DNA of 64,000 nucleotides from an uncultured Deinococcaceae bacterium (GTDB lineage: Bacteria; Deinococcota; Deinococci; Deinococcales; Deinococcaceae). This document shows positions 11,101-21,763 of this stretch, one piece after another. Numbering within the stretch: the stretch's first letter is position 1; each line of letters begins with the position of its first letter. Location of the stretch: contig CAXULY010000003.1 of assembly GCA_964252075.1 (NCBI GenBank), positions 1-64,000 of the forward strand, written 5' to 3'. The translations under genes and the position numbers were made by a program. A model generated the notes under the pieces. It did not search any database and was not told the origin of the DNA. It saw only the letters and a list, made by a program, of their open reading frames with translations.

Positions 11101-11724
11101 CCCGGCGTCCGTCACGATGAGGCGCAGGTCACTGACCCCCGTGATGTCCACCGTGACGTCCTTGGGGGCGTCCGTGCCGCGCAGGGTGCCCGAGTCATAC
11201 AGGGGTTTGTTGGTGGCGCCGTTCCACACCTGGAACACCACGCTGCCCAGGTTGCCCACCTCGTCATCCACGCCGACCGTGGCGTTGAAGACCGAGCAGG
11301 CGCCGCCCAGGTCGTAGCGGATGGTGGACAGCGCGTGCACGCCCAGGCCCTTCGCGAAGGTCTGCCCGCCGATGGTGAGGGTCTGCCCGTCGCCGCCCGT
11401 GCGGGTGTTGTTGCTCTTGTCCAGCTCGATGGGGCCGTACCCGCTGGTGGCCGACGTCCACGTGAGGTCCGAGAGGTAATTCACGCTGGGGTCGCTCAGC
11501 GCGTGAATGACCGGGCCGTGCCACGGGTAACCCTGACCATTCGGGTAGGGGTCGGTGGTGCTCGGGGTGTCCGTCCACGAGTAATCCACGCCGGCGACGT
11601 ACGGGTAATCGCCGGTCTTCCCGCCCGCCCCGGTGGGTGAACTGCAGGCCGCGAGGACCGCGCTGAGCGCGAGCGCCAGCGGCGCGAGGCGAAGGAGTGG
11701 GTTGGAGCGCCTGGGTTGGAGCAT
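8167..11724 (-). CDS. Lipoprotein: 2x NPCBM + Ig-like (BIG_2) + galactose-binding-like sandwich + Ig-like (Big_5) + GSDH/sorbosone-dehydrogenase-like beta-propeller
   Basis: True start ATG 11724 (MLQPRRSN, AAAGGAAA upstream); the ORF-track extension to 12339 overlaps the next gene. Lipobox VLAAC; two NPCBM motif sets; VAWTTSNASVATVSSTGMVTAV; IYASGIRNAYD and YYGHPNP. Confidence 0.8.
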   Translation of the reverse strand: MLQPRRSNPLLRLAPLALALSAVLAACSSPTGAGGKTGDYPYVAGVDYSWTDTPSTTDPYPNGQGYPWHGPVIHALSDPSVNYLSDLTWTSATSGYGPIELDKSNNTRTGGDGQTLTIGGQTFAKGLGVHALSTIRYDLGGACSVFNATVGVDDEVGNLGSVVFQVWNGATNKPLYDSGTLRGTDAPKDVTVDITGVSDLRLIVTDAGNGLQNDHADWANARVTCAASQPSGDKFLSTLTPVSATNGYGPYELDKSNGEKVAGDGKILTIGGVTYQRGLGTHAASQLVYNLGGNCSTFSAEVGVDDEVGSTHGSVGFQVFADDALLYDSGVVTGADTARSVSVSVAGKNQLKLVVTDGGDGLQFDHADWGSAKITCSTIQPTVTSVTVNPATANMTVNGTQQFTADVQGQGAYTPTVAWTTSNASVATVSSTGMVTAVAPGQVSITATSTFDTSKSGSAAVTVSAPLNIPTEGLRIDFQPTGALTQGGYTRDTGAAYTDTRGYGWVRDDSVGTGTSVPLDVSPNARDRAVTGLDQRLNTFIHMQFPDSVSNTTAVRVPAAWEYALPNGVYTVTVGVGDASNSYDSSHSINLEGQPAISNFVPVAKRKFASSTLRVNVVDGRLTVDARGGTNTKIDYVIIQPGDRPSVRGNNPSDNETLVPTTNSFTLDVNLPTSAIDLDSMTSSAVRLLDAGTSIPVDATLNTSGGGDAIVLKPTAPLQAYTKYIFEVTENLRDTSGKPFLPWRVSFVTGPSPVDQGGPAFEQVPQPNVPSYPYTSVEIGPDQKLYASTLTGEILRFAMEPDGTLDAPQVITSVQTANGGPRTVVGMKFDPASTADNLIMWISNDAFWDGTTTAPDWSGKITRLSGPNLETVQDYIVDLPRSIRDHQTNSVAFHNTEPNVLYVLQGSNTAMGAPDTAWGNRPEHTLNAALLRVDLSKITSPPLSVKTSDGGLYDPFAPGAPVTIYASGIRNAYDMVWHTNGQLYVPTNGSAAGGNTPGTPATLPAACNKRIDGAYSGPVVPALNNVAVEHDFLYRVTAGGYYGHPNPARCEWAMNGGNPTTGADPSEISAYPVGTQPDRNWRGFSYDFGEHASANGVIEEYTSAPTSALRNKLLVVRYSAGRDIIVLTPGGPNGDIVAAQTYVTGLTNFNPSPLDLTENRTNGQLYVAQLDEQTGSGTITLVRLK

Positions 11725-11783
11725 GATTCGGTTTCCTTTCAGGATGGACAGTGAAGTGAGGTGCGCGTGCGGGCCGCGCCGCA

Positions 11784-13226
11784 TCAGTACGCGCCGGAGC
11801 CCAGCACGACCGCCCGCAGGGTGCGGATCAGGATGACGAGGTCCAGCCACGGCGACCAGTTGCGCACGTAGTACGGGTCCCAGCGCTCCATGCCGGCGTC
11901 CCCGGAGGCGGAGCGCCCCGACACCTGCCACAGCCCGGTCAGGCCGGGCCGCACGCGTTCGCGCAGGCGCTGCACCTGCGTGGAGAGGTGCGCCTGGTGG
12001 TAGGGCGGCAGGGGGCGGGGGCCCACCAGGGACATCGAGCCGAGCAGCACGTTGATGAGCTGCGGCAGTTCGTCGATGCTCATGCGGCGCAGCCACACGC
12101 CGACCCGCGTGATGCGCGGGTCGCGCCTGAGCTTGTGGTTCGCGTCCCACTCGGCACGCAGGATGGGGTCGCGCGCCAGGGTGTCGCGCAGCACCGCCTC
12201 GGCGTTCGGGACCATGGTGCGGAACTTCAGGGTCTCGAAGAGCCGCCCGTCCAGCCCCACGCGGGACTGCACGAACAACACCGGCGCGCGGTCCTCCAGC
12301 CAGATGAACAGCGCCACCAGCAGGCACAGCGGCACCCACAGGGGCGCGCTCAGCAGCACCGCCGCGAGGTCGAAGGCGCGCTTGAAGGCGCGCGCCGCCG
12401 GGTCCAGCACCGCGCGCGTCACCTCCAGGCCCAGCACCCCGCCGAAGTCACTGGCCTTCACCCACAGCGACTCGATGTCGAACAGGTCCGGCACGATGAC
12501 CACGCTGCGGTACCCGGCGAGCGGCCCCTCCAGCAGCTCCACCATGCGCGCGCGCCCGGCGCCCGGCATGGCGAGCACCGCGACGGGCGCGCCCGGCACC
12601 ACCTCGGACGTGAGGCCCACCACCGGCACGCCGTGCACCGTGAGGCCCTGCAGGCCCGGCGCGTCATCCAGCACCGCGACGGGCGTGTACCCGTACCCGG
12701 GGTTCTCCTTGAGCGCCGCGATCAGCATGGCGCCCGCCTGACCGCCGCCGTACACGACGGTCGGGAGGCCCCACAGGCGCGCCTTCACCAGCAGGGACTT
12801 CGCGGCGAACCGCGCGAGCAGCGCGAGCGGCCACGCGAGCACCAGCCCCAGCAGCAGGCTGCTGGGGCGGATGGCGCTGGCATGCCCGGTGAGCAGCATC
12901 GCGACGGCGGTGCCCATGAAGACCAGCACCGTGAGTTCCGTGGCGCGCTTGATCTCGGTGGGCGCGCCGAGCCCCCAGCTGGGCAGCAGTTGCAGGACCC
13001 AGGCGCCCACCAGCCACGTGATGAGCGTGAAGCCGATCCAGCCGAGCCGCGCGGCGCTGCCCGCGTCGCCGTTCGGCAGCCAGCCCGCGAGCACCAGGGC
13101 GGCCCCGAGGCCCAGCAGGTCGCCGAGTGCCAGGATCAGCGCGTTGAGGACCTGGCGGCCCCGAAAGAGTCGGGCGCTGCCGTGCGCGAGCGACCCGTAG
13201 GCCGAAGCGGTCGTCAGGGCTTGCAT
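11784..13226 (-). CDS. Priming phosphoglycosyltransferase (WbaP/WcaJ family, Bac_transf)
   Basis: N-terminal TMs, Rossmann-like YGGG motif, KRAFDL, KFRTM, DPRITRVG, DELPQLINVL.GSMSLVGPRP, RPGLTGLWQVSGRS, YVRNWS. Confidence 0.92.
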   Translation of the reverse strand: MQALTTASAYGSLAHGSARLFRGRQVLNALILALGDLLGLGAALVLAGWLPNGDAGSAARLGWIGFTLITWLVGAWVLQLLPSWGLGAPTEIKRATELTVLVFMGTAVAMLLTGHASAIRPSSLLLGLVLAWPLALLARFAAKSLLVKARLWGLPTVVYGGGQAGAMLIAALKENPGYGYTPVAVLDDAPGLQGLTVHGVPVVGLTSEVVPGAPVAVLAMPGAGRARMVELLEGPLAGYRSVVIVPDLFDIESLWVKASDFGGVLGLEVTRAVLDPAARAFKRAFDLAAVLLSAPLWVPLCLLVALFIWLEDRAPVLFVQSRVGLDGRLFETLKFRTMVPNAEAVLRDTLARDPILRAEWDANHKLRRDPRITRVGVWLRRMSIDELPQLINVLLGSMSLVGPRPLPPYHQAHLSTQVQRLRERVRPGLTGLWQVSGRSASGDAGMERWDPYYVRNWSPWLDLVILIRTLRAVVLGSGAY

Positions 13227-13555
13227 GATTCCACCTCCAGGGTCCGTCTCATGCCGCTCATGCTGCGCCGCACCTCGTTACGCGAACGCAAACGAGGGGG
13301 CAGCGTGGCGGCGCGGCCGCGTTTCTGACCCGCTGGGCGCGTGCATGACCGTGAAACGTCCATGCAACAGGGAGGCCGGCGCGCGCCGACCTCCCCATCC
13401 AGAAACGCGCGTGAACCGTCGCGCTTGATCGCGTGAGCGGAGGACCACCACCGAGGCCCCACCTGATGGTGGGGGTCATCCCACCGCGCACTGCGGTGGT
13501 GCGCGACCGGGTCCGGGCGGTGGGGACCGGTCCTCAGCCGCCCGGACTGCCGCCG

Positions 13556-14734
13556 TCAGTGGCGCGCGACGGCGCTCAGGACCGCTTCCCAGCGCGGCAC
13601 CACCCGCTCCGGCGAGAAATCCAGGGCGCGTTGCGGCCCCGCAAGGTGCAGGCGGCGGCGCAGCGCGTCGTCCGTGAGGACCGCGCCGATGCCCGCCGCG
13701 AGCGCCTCCGGGTCATTCACGCGCACCAAGAGGCCGTGACGGCCGCCCTCGTCCGCGCCCTCCAGAATCTCGGCGGGACCGGAGGGGCAGTCCGTGGCGA
13801 CCACCGGGGTGCCGCAGGCGAGCGCCTCGGTCACGACGTTCCCGAAGCCCTCGTACAGCGAGGACAGCGCGAAGACCGCCGCGTGGCGCATGAACGGGTA
13901 GGGGTTCGGCACGTGGCCGGGCAGGTGCACGCTGTCCTCCACCCCGAGGCTGCGCGCGAGCGCCTCCAGGTCGCCCTTGAGCTCGCCCTCCCCGAGGATC
14001 AGCAGGTCGTGGCGCAGCCCCTGCCCGCGCAGCAGGGCGTGCGCGCGGATCAGCTGGTCGAAGCCCTTCTGGCGCGTGAGGCGACCCACGCCCAGCACGG
14101 TGGGGCGCTCGCGCATGAACGACGCCCACTCCGGCAGCGGCGCCTCGCGCTGCGCCATGAGGTGCGGGAGGTTCAGGGGGTTGTGGATGACGCTCAGGCG
14201 GTCCGGGCGCAGCGGGAAGAGGCTCCCTAGGGTGCGCTGCGCGCCGTGCGACACGAACACGAGGCGCGGCAGGCGCTGGTAGATGAACTGCGACAGCTGC
14301 GTGTGCCAGCGCGGGTGGTCCGAGAAGGTCTGGTCCATGGAGTTGCGCACCCAGCCGATCACGGGTTTGCCGGTGAGGGCGCCCGCGAGGTACGCGAGGT
14401 ACGTCGGCATGATCTCCACCGTCGCGACGATCACGTCCGCCTGCGCCGCCGCGCGCAGCAGCGTGCGCGGCACGCGCAGCAGGGCGTGCCGGATGCGTTC
14501 CTCCGGCTTCAGGACCTCCTGCGCGTCCACGTCGGACGGCACCTCGCCTTGCAGGCCGTCCATGGATCGTAAAACCCAGATGCGCGGGTCGAAGTGCGCG
14601 CGGTCCAGCTGCGAGATGAGCGCGAGGGACACGCGTTCCGCGCCGCGCGGGTACAGGCCCTCGAAGACGAACAGGGGCCGCAGGGGGCGCCGCGCGGTGA
14701 CGCTGAGGTTCATGGCGCCGGTGTTGCTGCTCAC
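13556..14734 (-). CDS. Glycosyltransferase family 4
   Basis: [38 protein letters not shown]. The GTG start overlaps the upstream stop (GTGA); alternative ATG at 14713. Confidence 0.9.
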   Translation of the reverse strand: MSSNTGAMNLSVTARRPLRPLFVFEGLYPRGAERVSLALISQLDRAHFDPRIWVLRSMDGLQGEVPSDVDAQEVLKPEERIRHALLRVPRTLLRAAAQADVIVATVEIMPTYLAYLAGALTGKPVIGWVRNSMDQTFSDHPRWHTQLSQFIYQRLPRLVFVSHGAQRTLGSLFPLRPDRLSVIHNPLNLPHLMAQREAPLPEWASFMRERPTVLGVGRLTRQKGFDQLIRAHALLRGQGLRHDLLILGEGELKGDLEALARSLGVEDSVHLPGHVPNPYPFMRHAAVFALSSLYEGFGNVVTEALACGTPVVATDCPSGPAEILEGADEGGRHGLLVRVNDPEALAAGIGAVLTDDALRRRLHLAGPQRALDFSPERVVPRWEAVLSAVARH

Positions 14735-17670
14735 CGCAGGTCACCCACCCAGGTGGTGGCCTTCGCGCCGCTGGGCAGCGAGCCCGTCGTGACGACCAGG
14801 CGATTGTTCAGAATGCCCGCGATGGGCGACTGGCGCGCCTCGGGCAGCGGCGTGAGGGCCGTCCAGCGGTCCGTGGCCGGGTCGTACTGCGACACGTTCG
14901 CGACTTCCAGGGACTTCAGGGTGACGCCCGCGATCACCAGGATGCGGCCGTTCCACACGACGGTGGAGCTGTTGATGTGCCCGAGCGGCAGCGGCAGGCT
15001 GGCGCGGGTCGTCCAGCTGTTCGTGGCGGGGTTGTAGGACTGCACGGTGCTCTGGTCGCCCCCCACCTCGTCGCCGAGGTGCTGCCCGCCAATGGCGTAG
15101 ATCAGGCCATTCAGCTGCGCGCCCGCGATGTGGTTGCGGGGGTTGGGGAGCGGCGCGGCGCTCGTCCAGGTGGTGCCGCCGTCCAGCTTCAGCACCCAGT
15201 GGTCGGCCGAGTCGCGCTTGTACACGTCGAGGTTGTTCAGGTCCCGTTCGGTGCCGCCGAAGAAGTGCAGTTCGCGCCCCAGGCGCACGAGGGCGCCCGC
15301 GCCGCGCGCGCCCGGCAGGTTCGGGCCGGCACTCCAGGTGTTGGTCGTCACGTTGTACTTCCAGACGTGGTTCGTCTGCGGGCCGGGGTGACGCCCGATG
15401 AAGCCGCCCGCGATGTAGATGGTCTGGCCGTCCACCGCGACCGCGCCGTGCGTGATGTCCTCCGGGATGTCCGCGACGGCCGCCCAGCGGTCCGCGGCGA
15501 GGTCGTACACGGAGGACTTGTGGACGGTGCTGAGGTCGGTGTTGAAGCCGCCGAAGACGTACAGCTTGTTGTCCACCACCTCGCCCTGCGCTTCGGAGAT
15601 GGGCCTGGGGGCGTCCGCGCGGCGCGTCCAGGTGAGGACGCCCGCGCTGGGGGCGGCGGGCTGTACGTTCGTCACCACGAACACGTAGTCCTGGTAGTCG
15701 CCGTTGCTGGCGGGCTCGAAGGCCAGCAGGTAGCTGTTCGCGATGGCTTGCCCCGCGCGGTCCTTGAGGGGGTACACGCGCACGCCGTGGCGGGTGGGGC
15801 CGGTGTTGCGGCCGTCCTCGGTGTAGGTGTTCTGCGCCGCGTAGCTGGTGGCGCCCACGTAGAAGCCGAAGGTCGCGCTGCCAGGGTCGAAGCCCGTCGC
15901 GCCGCCGGGCGCGAGGGCCGGGCGCAGCGTCTGCTCGTTGCCGCGCGCGATGGTCGCCACCGCATGCAGGTCGGGCGCGCTGCCGGGCAGGTAGTACCCG
16001 AAGGGCAGCAGGTCGTCCGGCGAGTAGCGCGCGACGGGCGTGAGCGTGACGGGGCCACTGCCCGCGCGCGTGAACAGGGGCGCGATCACTTCATCCCCGA
16101 TGGGCGCGGCGCCCGTCCCGAGGATCAGTTTGCTGCCGCCCACGTTGATGTTGTACCCGAGGGTCTGCACGACCTGCTGCAGGGGCGGCTCCAGGTCCCC
16201 CTGCTCGCCGTTGGTGCTCAGGCCGTACACGTTCACGGCGGCGTCCGGCTGCGCGGGGTCGCTGCTCTCCACGTGCAGCGCCGCGCTCAGGGCGCCCACT
16301 GTCCCTTTCGGCGCGAAGCGCACGTTCAGGGTGACGCTGGCGCCCGGCGCGACGGTGAACGGCTGGGCGCTGGGGTTCACGAGTTCGAAGCGATCGGCGT
16401 TGTCGCCCGTGAAGCGCACGCGGTCCACGCGCAGCGCCTGACCGCCGGCGTTGCGCACCGTCACGGCCTGGCTGGCGGTCGCGGCGTTCTTCACGCCGCT
16501 GAACACCAGCTCCGTCGGCGCGAGCGCCACGTGACCCACCGGGCCGCCGTCGGTGTCGTCCTGCGGCAGCACCTCCAGGGCGCTGACCTTGGCGTTCTCC
16601 ACCTGCCGCACGAAGGCCACGTCCAGCGTGCCGTCCGTGACGGTGACGGGCAGGGTGCGCACCAGGGCGCGGTCCTGGCCGCCGGAATCCGCGAACACGT
16701 CGAGGTTCGTGAGTTCCGCCGCGCCGCCCTCCACGTTCACGTCGAAGAGGCGCTGCCCGGCGGCGGTCTTGTTGAGTTCCGTGAAGTGCAGGCGCAGGTC
16801 GTACCGTCCGTTCGGGACGGGAATGTGGAAGGCGAAGGCGGTGTCGCCCCTGGCGACGCCGTTGGTCTGGCCGCCCGTCCATTCACTCTGGTACAGCGCG
16901 TCGTTGGCGGGCGCCTGCACGCCCGTGATGGCGTCGGCCTCGCGGTACGAGAAGCCGCCCGTCACGTAGCCGTTGCAGGCAGCGGTCGTTTCGCAGCCGC
17001 GCCACAGCACCCCGCCGACGTTCTGCGCGGGCCCGCCCGCGTTGATGCGGATGGTGTTCACGGAGGTGCAGCCGCCCAGGGTGGGCGTGGCCCAGTCGGC
17101 GTGGTCGTAGTTGAGGCCGTCGCCGGCGTCCGTCACCACCAGCTTCAGTTCCTTCTTGCCCGCCACGCTCACGTTCACGCTCTTCGCGCCGTCCGCGCCG
17201 CGCACCGTGCCGGAGTCGTACAGCTTCGCGCCGTCCGCGAACACCTGGAACGCCACGCTCCCCAGGTTCCCCACCTCGTCGTCCACGCCCACCGTGGCCG
17301 TGAAGGTCGAGCACTGCCCGTTCAGCGCGTAGGTCACGCTGGAGTTCGCGTGCACCCCGAGGCCCTTGGCGTAGGTCTGCCCGCCGATGGTCAGGGCCTT
17401 GCCGTCGCCGGCGGCCGTCTGGCCGTTGCTGCGGTCCTTCTCGATGGGGCCGTACCCGCTCGTCGCCGCCGTCCAGTTCTGGTCGCTCAGGATGTTGTCG
17501 CCGTCCTGCACGGCGGCGGCGCGCAGGTGGCCCTCGTCCGCCCAGGGCAGCCCGACGCCGTCCTCCTCAGTGGGTGCCGCGGGCTGCGCACAGCCCGCTA
17601 GCAGCAGACTGATGAGGGCGAGGCGTGGAAGGGCAGGCGCGGACGGAAAGGCAGAGAACAGACGCTTCAT
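14731..17670 (-). CDS. Lipoprotein: NPCBM + malectin + Ig-like (choice-of-anchor-D-like) + unknown domain + Kelch propeller
   Basis: Start MKRLFS at 17670, lipobox LLAGC; malectin RINAGG...LRLHFTE...RLFDVNVEG; Kelch repeats KLYVFGG, IYIAGG, LHFFGG, IYAIGG. Confidence 0.85.
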   Translation of the reverse strand: MKRLFSAFPSAPALPRLALISLLLAGCAQPAAPTEEDGVGLPWADEGHLRAAAVQDGDNILSDQNWTAATSGYGPIEKDRSNGQTAAGDGKALTIGGQTYAKGLGVHANSSVTYALNGQCSTFTATVGVDDEVGNLGSVAFQVFADGAKLYDSGTVRGADGAKSVNVSVAGKKELKLVVTDAGDGLNYDHADWATPTLGGCTSVNTIRINAGGPAQNVGGVLWRGCETTAACNGYVTGGFSYREADAITGVQAPANDALYQSEWTGGQTNGVARGDTAFAFHIPVPNGRYDLRLHFTELNKTAAGQRLFDVNVEGGAAELTNLDVFADSGGQDRALVRTLPVTVTDGTLDVAFVRQVENAKVSALEVLPQDDTDGGPVGHVALAPTELVFSGVKNAATASQAVTVRNAGGQALRVDRVRFTGDNADRFELVNPSAQPFTVAPGASVTLNVRFAPKGTVGALSAALHVESSDPAQPDAAVNVYGLSTNGEQGDLEPPLQQVVQTLGYNINVGGSKLILGTGAAPIGDEVIAPLFTRAGSGPVTLTPVARYSPDDLLPFGYYLPGSAPDLHAVATIARGNEQTLRPALAPGGATGFDPGSATFGFYVGATSYAAQNTYTEDGRNTGPTRHGVRVYPLKDRAGQAIANSYLLAFEPASNGDYQDYVFVVTNVQPAAPSAGVLTWTRRADAPRPISEAQGEVVDNKLYVFGGFNTDLSTVHKSSVYDLAADRWAAVADIPEDITHGAVAVDGQTIYIAGGFIGRHPGPQTNHVWKYNVTTNTWSAGPNLPGARGAGALVRLGRELHFFGGTERDLNNLDVYKRDSADHWVLKLDGGTTWTSAAPLPNPRNHIAGAQLNGLIYAIGGQHLGDEVGGDQSTVQSYNPATNSWTTRASLPLPLGHINSSTVVWNGRILVIAGVTLKSLEVANVSQYDPATDRWTALTPLPEARQSPIAGILNNRLVVTTGSLPSGAKATTWVGDLR

Positions 17671-17718
17671 GCAGGGCACCTCAGGCTCAGGAACGGGGGT
17701 CGCGGGGGAAGTGAAAGG

Positions 17719-18936
17719 TCAGGCGGGGGTTGAGGGGTCGAGCGTGGGCGCGCCGCGCGCGGTGCGCCGTCGCGTCAGCGCGCGCGCGTACACGTCCAGC
17801 AGGTCCTGCGCGCCGCGCGCCTCGGTGTAGTGCGCCTCGTACGCGCGGCGCGCGGCGAGGCGCTGCGCCTCCCGTTCCAGCGGGTGGTCCAGCAGCCAGT
17901 CGAGTTGCGCCGCGAGGTCCTCCGCGCGGCCCGCATCGAACAGCCGCCCGGTGTGCCCGTGCTCCACGATGTCCGGCATGGAGCCCAGCCGCGACGCCAC
18001 GATGGGCGCGCCCGCCGCCATGGCCTCCACGAGCGTCATGGGGAAGCCCTCGAACCACAGGGACGGGAACACCAGCGCGAAGGCGCCCTGCATGAGCGCC
18101 AGCACCTGCGCGCGGTCCTGGCGGCCCAGCACCTCGACGCCCGGCAGGTCCTGCGCGGCGCGCTGCACGTCCGGCGCGAGCGGGCCGTCCCCCACCACCT
18201 TCAGCTTCAGGCGGGCGCCCAGCGTGCGCCACGCCTCCAGCAGCACGCCAGGGCCCTTCTCGGGCGTGAGGCGCCCCACGAACAGCGCGTAATCGCCGTC
18301 CGCGCGCCCCATGCCGGGGTCCCGCGCCAGGAAGTTCGGTTTGACCACCATGCGGTCCGCCGGGAGGCCGCCCTGCACCAGCTTGGCGCGCGCGAACTCC
18401 GTGAGGGCCACGTACAGGTCCACGTCGCGCGCGTAGGTGCCGAGCAGGCGGTGCGCGGTGAGCATCGCGGCGACCGTGCCGGACGCCGAGCGGCTGCCGC
18501 GGTAGCAGGCGTGCCGCACGGCGGGCCAGGGCGGCGTGCGCCCCAGGCAGTCCTCGCACACGTGGCCGTCGCGGAAGAAGTTGTGGTTCGCGCACAGCAG
18601 GCGGTAGTTGTGCAGCGTCTGCACGACCGCGGCGCCCTCGCCGCGCACCGCGCGGTACGCGGCGGGCGAGATGAGCGGGAAGGTGTTGTGGAAGTGCACC
18701 ACGTCCACCTGCCGTTCGCGCACCAGCGCCGCGAGCGTGCGGGCCGCCTGCGCGTTCCAGACGCTCTGCAGCGCCGTGCGGACCTGCCCGCCGCGCCCGG
18801 CGCCGATGGCGTCGTTGTGGACGGTGTGGGTGCTGACCTGCACGCCGTGCTGCGCGAGCGTCTGCGTCTCGTTGCGGAAGACCTCGTCCTCGCCGCCCGC
18901 CTGCTGGTAGTAGTTATGCACCACGAGCACGTTCAC
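17719..18936 (-). CDS. Glycosyltransferase family 4
   Basis: Likely GTG start at 18936 (VNVLVVHNYYQQAGGED); VGRLTPEKG, FEGFPMTLVEAMAAG. Confidence 0.9.
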   Translation of the reverse strand: MNVLVVHNYYQQAGGEDEVFRNETQTLAQHGVQVSTHTVHNDAIGAGRGGQVRTALQSVWNAQAARTLAALVRERQVDVVHFHNTFPLISPAAYRAVRGEGAAVVQTLHNYRLLCANHNFFRDGHVCEDCLGRTPPWPAVRHACYRGSRSASGTVAAMLTAHRLLGTYARDVDLYVALTEFARAKLVQGGLPADRMVVKPNFLARDPGMGRADGDYALFVGRLTPEKGPGVLLEAWRTLGARLKLKVVGDGPLAPDVQRAAQDLPGVEVLGRQDRAQVLALMQGAFALVFPSLWFEGFPMTLVEAMAAGAPIVASRLGSMPDIVEHGHTGRLFDAGRAEDLAAQLDWLLDHPLEREAQRLAARRAYEAHYTEARGAQDLLDVYARALTRRRTARGAPTLDPSTPA

Positions 18937-20089
18937 TGGGCACCTCCCCGCTCGGCGCGCGCTCCACGCGCAGTGCATCATACGTCTGCCCGTACCGGGC
19001 GGCCATGCGCTCCGGGCTGAAGCGCTCCTTCACGCCCGCACCCCAGGGCCGCACGAGGTCGCGGTGGTGTTCGGGCGCCTGCAGGACCAGCGCGAGCACC
19101 TGCGCGAACGCCCCGGTGTCCTCGGGCGGGGCGAGCAGCGGGTAGCCGTCCGAGAGCACCTCGCGCAGCCCCGGCACGTCGAAGGCCACCACGGGCGTGC
19201 CCGCGAGCAGCGCCTCGGCGGCCAGCAGCCCGAAGCCCTCGAACCGAGACGGCATCAGCACCGCGTCGTACTCCGCGAGGTGCGCCCCGAGGTTCGGGCG
19301 GGGCGCGGCGAGGGTCACGGTCCACGGCGCGTGGTGGCCGTCCGCCCAGGCGCGCAGGGCCGCGTGCAGGCTGCCGTCCCCCAGCACCGTCACCTCCGCG
19401 GGGGTGGGGTGCAGGCGCGTGGCGCGCTGCAGAAGGTCGGGCAGCAGGTCCGCGCCCTTCTGCAACTCCAGGCGCGCGGCGAACAGCAGGCGCGGCGGGG
19501 CGCCCGCCGTTCGCTCGCGGCGCCCGGGGTTCAGGGCGCTCACGCCGTTGAACACGACTTCCGCGCGGTCCGGCGCGAGGGGCGGCACGCCGTGGCGGCG
19601 CCGGAAGTCCTGCAGGCCCGCGAGGCTCGCCTGCGACACCGCGACGGCGCGCGCCTGCCCGAGCCGTCCCTCCACCCAGCGCCCGATGCGCGTCCAGATG
19701 CGCGACGGCCACAGCGTGGCGTTGTGCACGGTGCGCAGCACGCCCGCCCGCCGACCCGGGAAGGTCAGCGCGTAGGTCGTCTCGGGAATCTCGGTGTGCA
19801 GGTGAATCACGTCGAAGGGCTCGCGGCGCAGCAGCGCCGCGAGGCGCGCGGCGGCCTGCAGCAGCCCGCCCGCCTTGATGGGCAACCGGGTGCCGGAGTG
19901 CACGGGCACCCCGAGGGCCTGCAGGCGCGCGTGCATGGCCTGCCCGACCGGGGTGTCCAGCACGCCCTCCACCGCGAAGAACGTGAAGTGATGCTGGCCG
20001 CTCAGGCGTTCGGTGAGGCTGATCGCGACTTCCTCCGCGCCGCCCAGGTCGAGGTGCGTCACGACGTGCAGCACGCGCGCGCCGGGCAT
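18914..20089 (-). CDS. Glycosyltransferase family 4
   Basis: ATG 20089 overlaps the upstream TGA (TGATG); HVVTHLDLGGAE, ARLELQKG, SRFEGFGLLAAEALLAGTPVV. Confidence 0.9.
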   Translation of the reverse strand: MPGARVLHVVTHLDLGGAEEVAISLTERLSGQHHFTFFAVEGVLDTPVGQAMHARLQALGVPVHSGTRLPIKAGGLLQAAARLAALLRREPFDVIHLHTEIPETTYALTFPGRRAGVLRTVHNATLWPSRIWTRIGRWVEGRLGQARAVAVSQASLAGLQDFRRRHGVPPLAPDRAEVVFNGVSALNPGRRERTAGAPPRLLFAARLELQKGADLLPDLLQRATRLHPTPAEVTVLGDGSLHAALRAWADGHHAPWTVTLAAPRPNLGAHLAEYDAVLMPSRFEGFGLLAAEALLAGTPVVAFDVPGLREVLSDGYPLLAPPEDTGAFAQVLALVLQAPEHHRDLVRPWGAGVKERFSPERMAARYGQTYDALRVERAPSGEVPSERARGA

Positions 20090-21612
20090 CAGGTGAGCCT
20101 CCGGCGGGCGGGCGCGAAGAGGCGGCGCTGCGCTTCGAGCATCGCGACGCCGAACCCCATCACGCACCACACCCAGATGCCACCCTGGGGGCCTTCCAGG
20201 TACACGTCGAAGGAGATGTTCACCATCATGGCCGCCCAGTACGCCAGGATCCAGATGTTCAGGCGCGCCCACAGCTCGTTGCCCGCGCGGCGCGCGCGGC
20301 GCCACGCGAGCAGCAGGCTCAGGGCGAAAGTGCCCTGCAGCAGCGCCCACGCCAGGAAGCCCGGCACGCCCGAGCGCGCCAGGATGGTGAGGTGCCCGTT
20401 GTGCGGGCTGCGCAGCTTGCCGTCCAGCTGGTAGCCGTCCGCGTCCGCGAGGTTGATGCCGTACCCTTTGCCCGACCAGAAGTACGGGCCGTGCACCGTG
20501 TAATTCAGGATGTCGGTCCACCAGTTGAGGCGCCAGCGTTTGGTGCCGTCACGGTAGTCCTCGCCGGACTCGCCGGTGATGCCGCGCACGTTCAGCAGCA
20601 GCGCCTGGGCGGACACCGTGGTGCGCCCGCCACTGCCGAGCGCAATCTGGATGTTGAAGGCCACGAAGCACGTGGCGAGCAGCGCCATGATGGTGAGGGG
20701 CTTCCACCACGCGCGGCCCGGCCGGAACAGCAGCACGATCAGGAGCGCCACCGTGATGGCGAGCAGCCCCGCGCGCACGCGGAACACCGGGATGGCCGCC
20801 GCCGCGAACCACAGGGCCCACAGCAGCCACTCCTGCCGCAGGCCGAGGCGCGGCGCGAGGCGGCGGTGCAGGGACAGCAGCAGCAGCGCCGCGACACCCG
20901 CGAGGTGCACGGCGATGTCGCCGCCCTTCAGGTCCAGGATGGGGGCGTTCGCGCCCGGCAGCACGGGCAGCTGGCTGGCCCACAGCTCCGTGATGACGAT
21001 GGCGATGGGCGTCCACAGCAGGAACACCGGCACGAAGCGCGCGTAGCGCCGCGCGGCCTCCAGCACGCCGGCGCCCGTCACGCCGCCCCAGCGCAGGAGC
21101 AGCGCGGCGAACACCGGGGTGAACAGCGCGTACCCCCAGGTGATGGCGTCGCGCAGCGCGTCGAAGCCGTACAGCGGGACGTACGGGAGGGTCGCGGCGA
21201 GCCCGAGCGCCATAAACAGCGCGAGCGCCCACAGCACCGGGGAGCGCGCCACGAGCCGCAGGCCGCCGCACAGCGCGAGCGCGAGCACCCCGAGCGCCAG
21301 CGTGACCTCGCCGACGTAGATGGGCGCCACGCCGATGTACGCGAAGCCGCGCCCCAGCAGCGCGTAGCCGAGCAGGCACGCGCCGAGCGCGCCGAGCGCC
21401 ACGGCGGGCAATCGCCGCTGGATGCTCAGCGCGACGCCGAGGGCCAGCGCCAGGACCGCCACGCCGGCCGCCGCGAGCGGGCTGTAGCGCGTGAGGGCCA
21501 CCATGAGGAGGCCCAGGGCGAGGGCCAGGACGATGGCAGGCAGGACGCCCAGTGCAGCTTTGCCCGACAGGTTTTTGAGCACGACACCCCCTCTTGCCCG
21601 CAGGCTAGTCAC
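20089..21612 (-). CDS. Wzy polymerase / O-antigen ligase family membrane protein
   Basis: About 12 hydrophobic segments; R-x-x-W-W, GxGYG and SPHNGHLTILARSGVPG (Wzy_C-type HN motif). Confidence 0.8.
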   Translation of the reverse strand: MTSLRARGGVVLKNLSGKAALGVLPAIVLALALGLLMVALTRYSPLAAAGVAVLALALGVALSIQRRLPAVALGALGACLLGYALLGRGFAYIGVAPIYVGEVTLALGVLALALCGGLRLVARSPVLWALALFMALGLAATLPYVPLYGFDALRDAITWGYALFTPVFAALLLRWGGVTGAGVLEAARRYARFVPVFLLWTPIAIVITELWASQLPVLPGANAPILDLKGGDIAVHLAGVAALLLLSLHRRLAPRLGLRQEWLLWALWFAAAAIPVFRVRAGLLAITVALLIVLLFRPGRAWWKPLTIMALLATCFVAFNIQIALGSGGRTTVSAQALLLNVRGITGESGEDYRDGTKRWRLNWWTDILNYTVHGPYFWSGKGYGINLADADGYQLDGKLRSPHNGHLTILARSGVPGFLAWALLQGTFALSLLLAWRRARRAGNELWARLNIWILAYWAAMMVNISFDVYLEGPQGGIWVWCVMGFGVAMLEAQRRLFAPARRRLT

Positions 21613-21763
21613 GGCGCGCTAACGAAACATCAACGCGCCCTCCTGGCGCGCCATTGATGGGCTCCGGGGGTGGGCGCAGCGCAACGAATCATTTGCGTGA
21701 GGCTCGCCAGACTGGGCCGTCAGCTCACCACTTACACAGCCATCTTTCATTGAGGAGGAACGC

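Noticed and set aside
11725..12339. N-terminal 205 aa of the 1390-aa ORF
   Set aside because: Overlaps the WbaP-like gene in another frame and is Arg/Ala/Pro noise; the signal peptide begins at 11724.
13430..13555. Cluster of GC-rich hairpins upstream of the WbaP-like gene as a riboswitch
   Set aside because: No recognisable aptamer motif; more simply a terminator or stabiliser after the GT gene.
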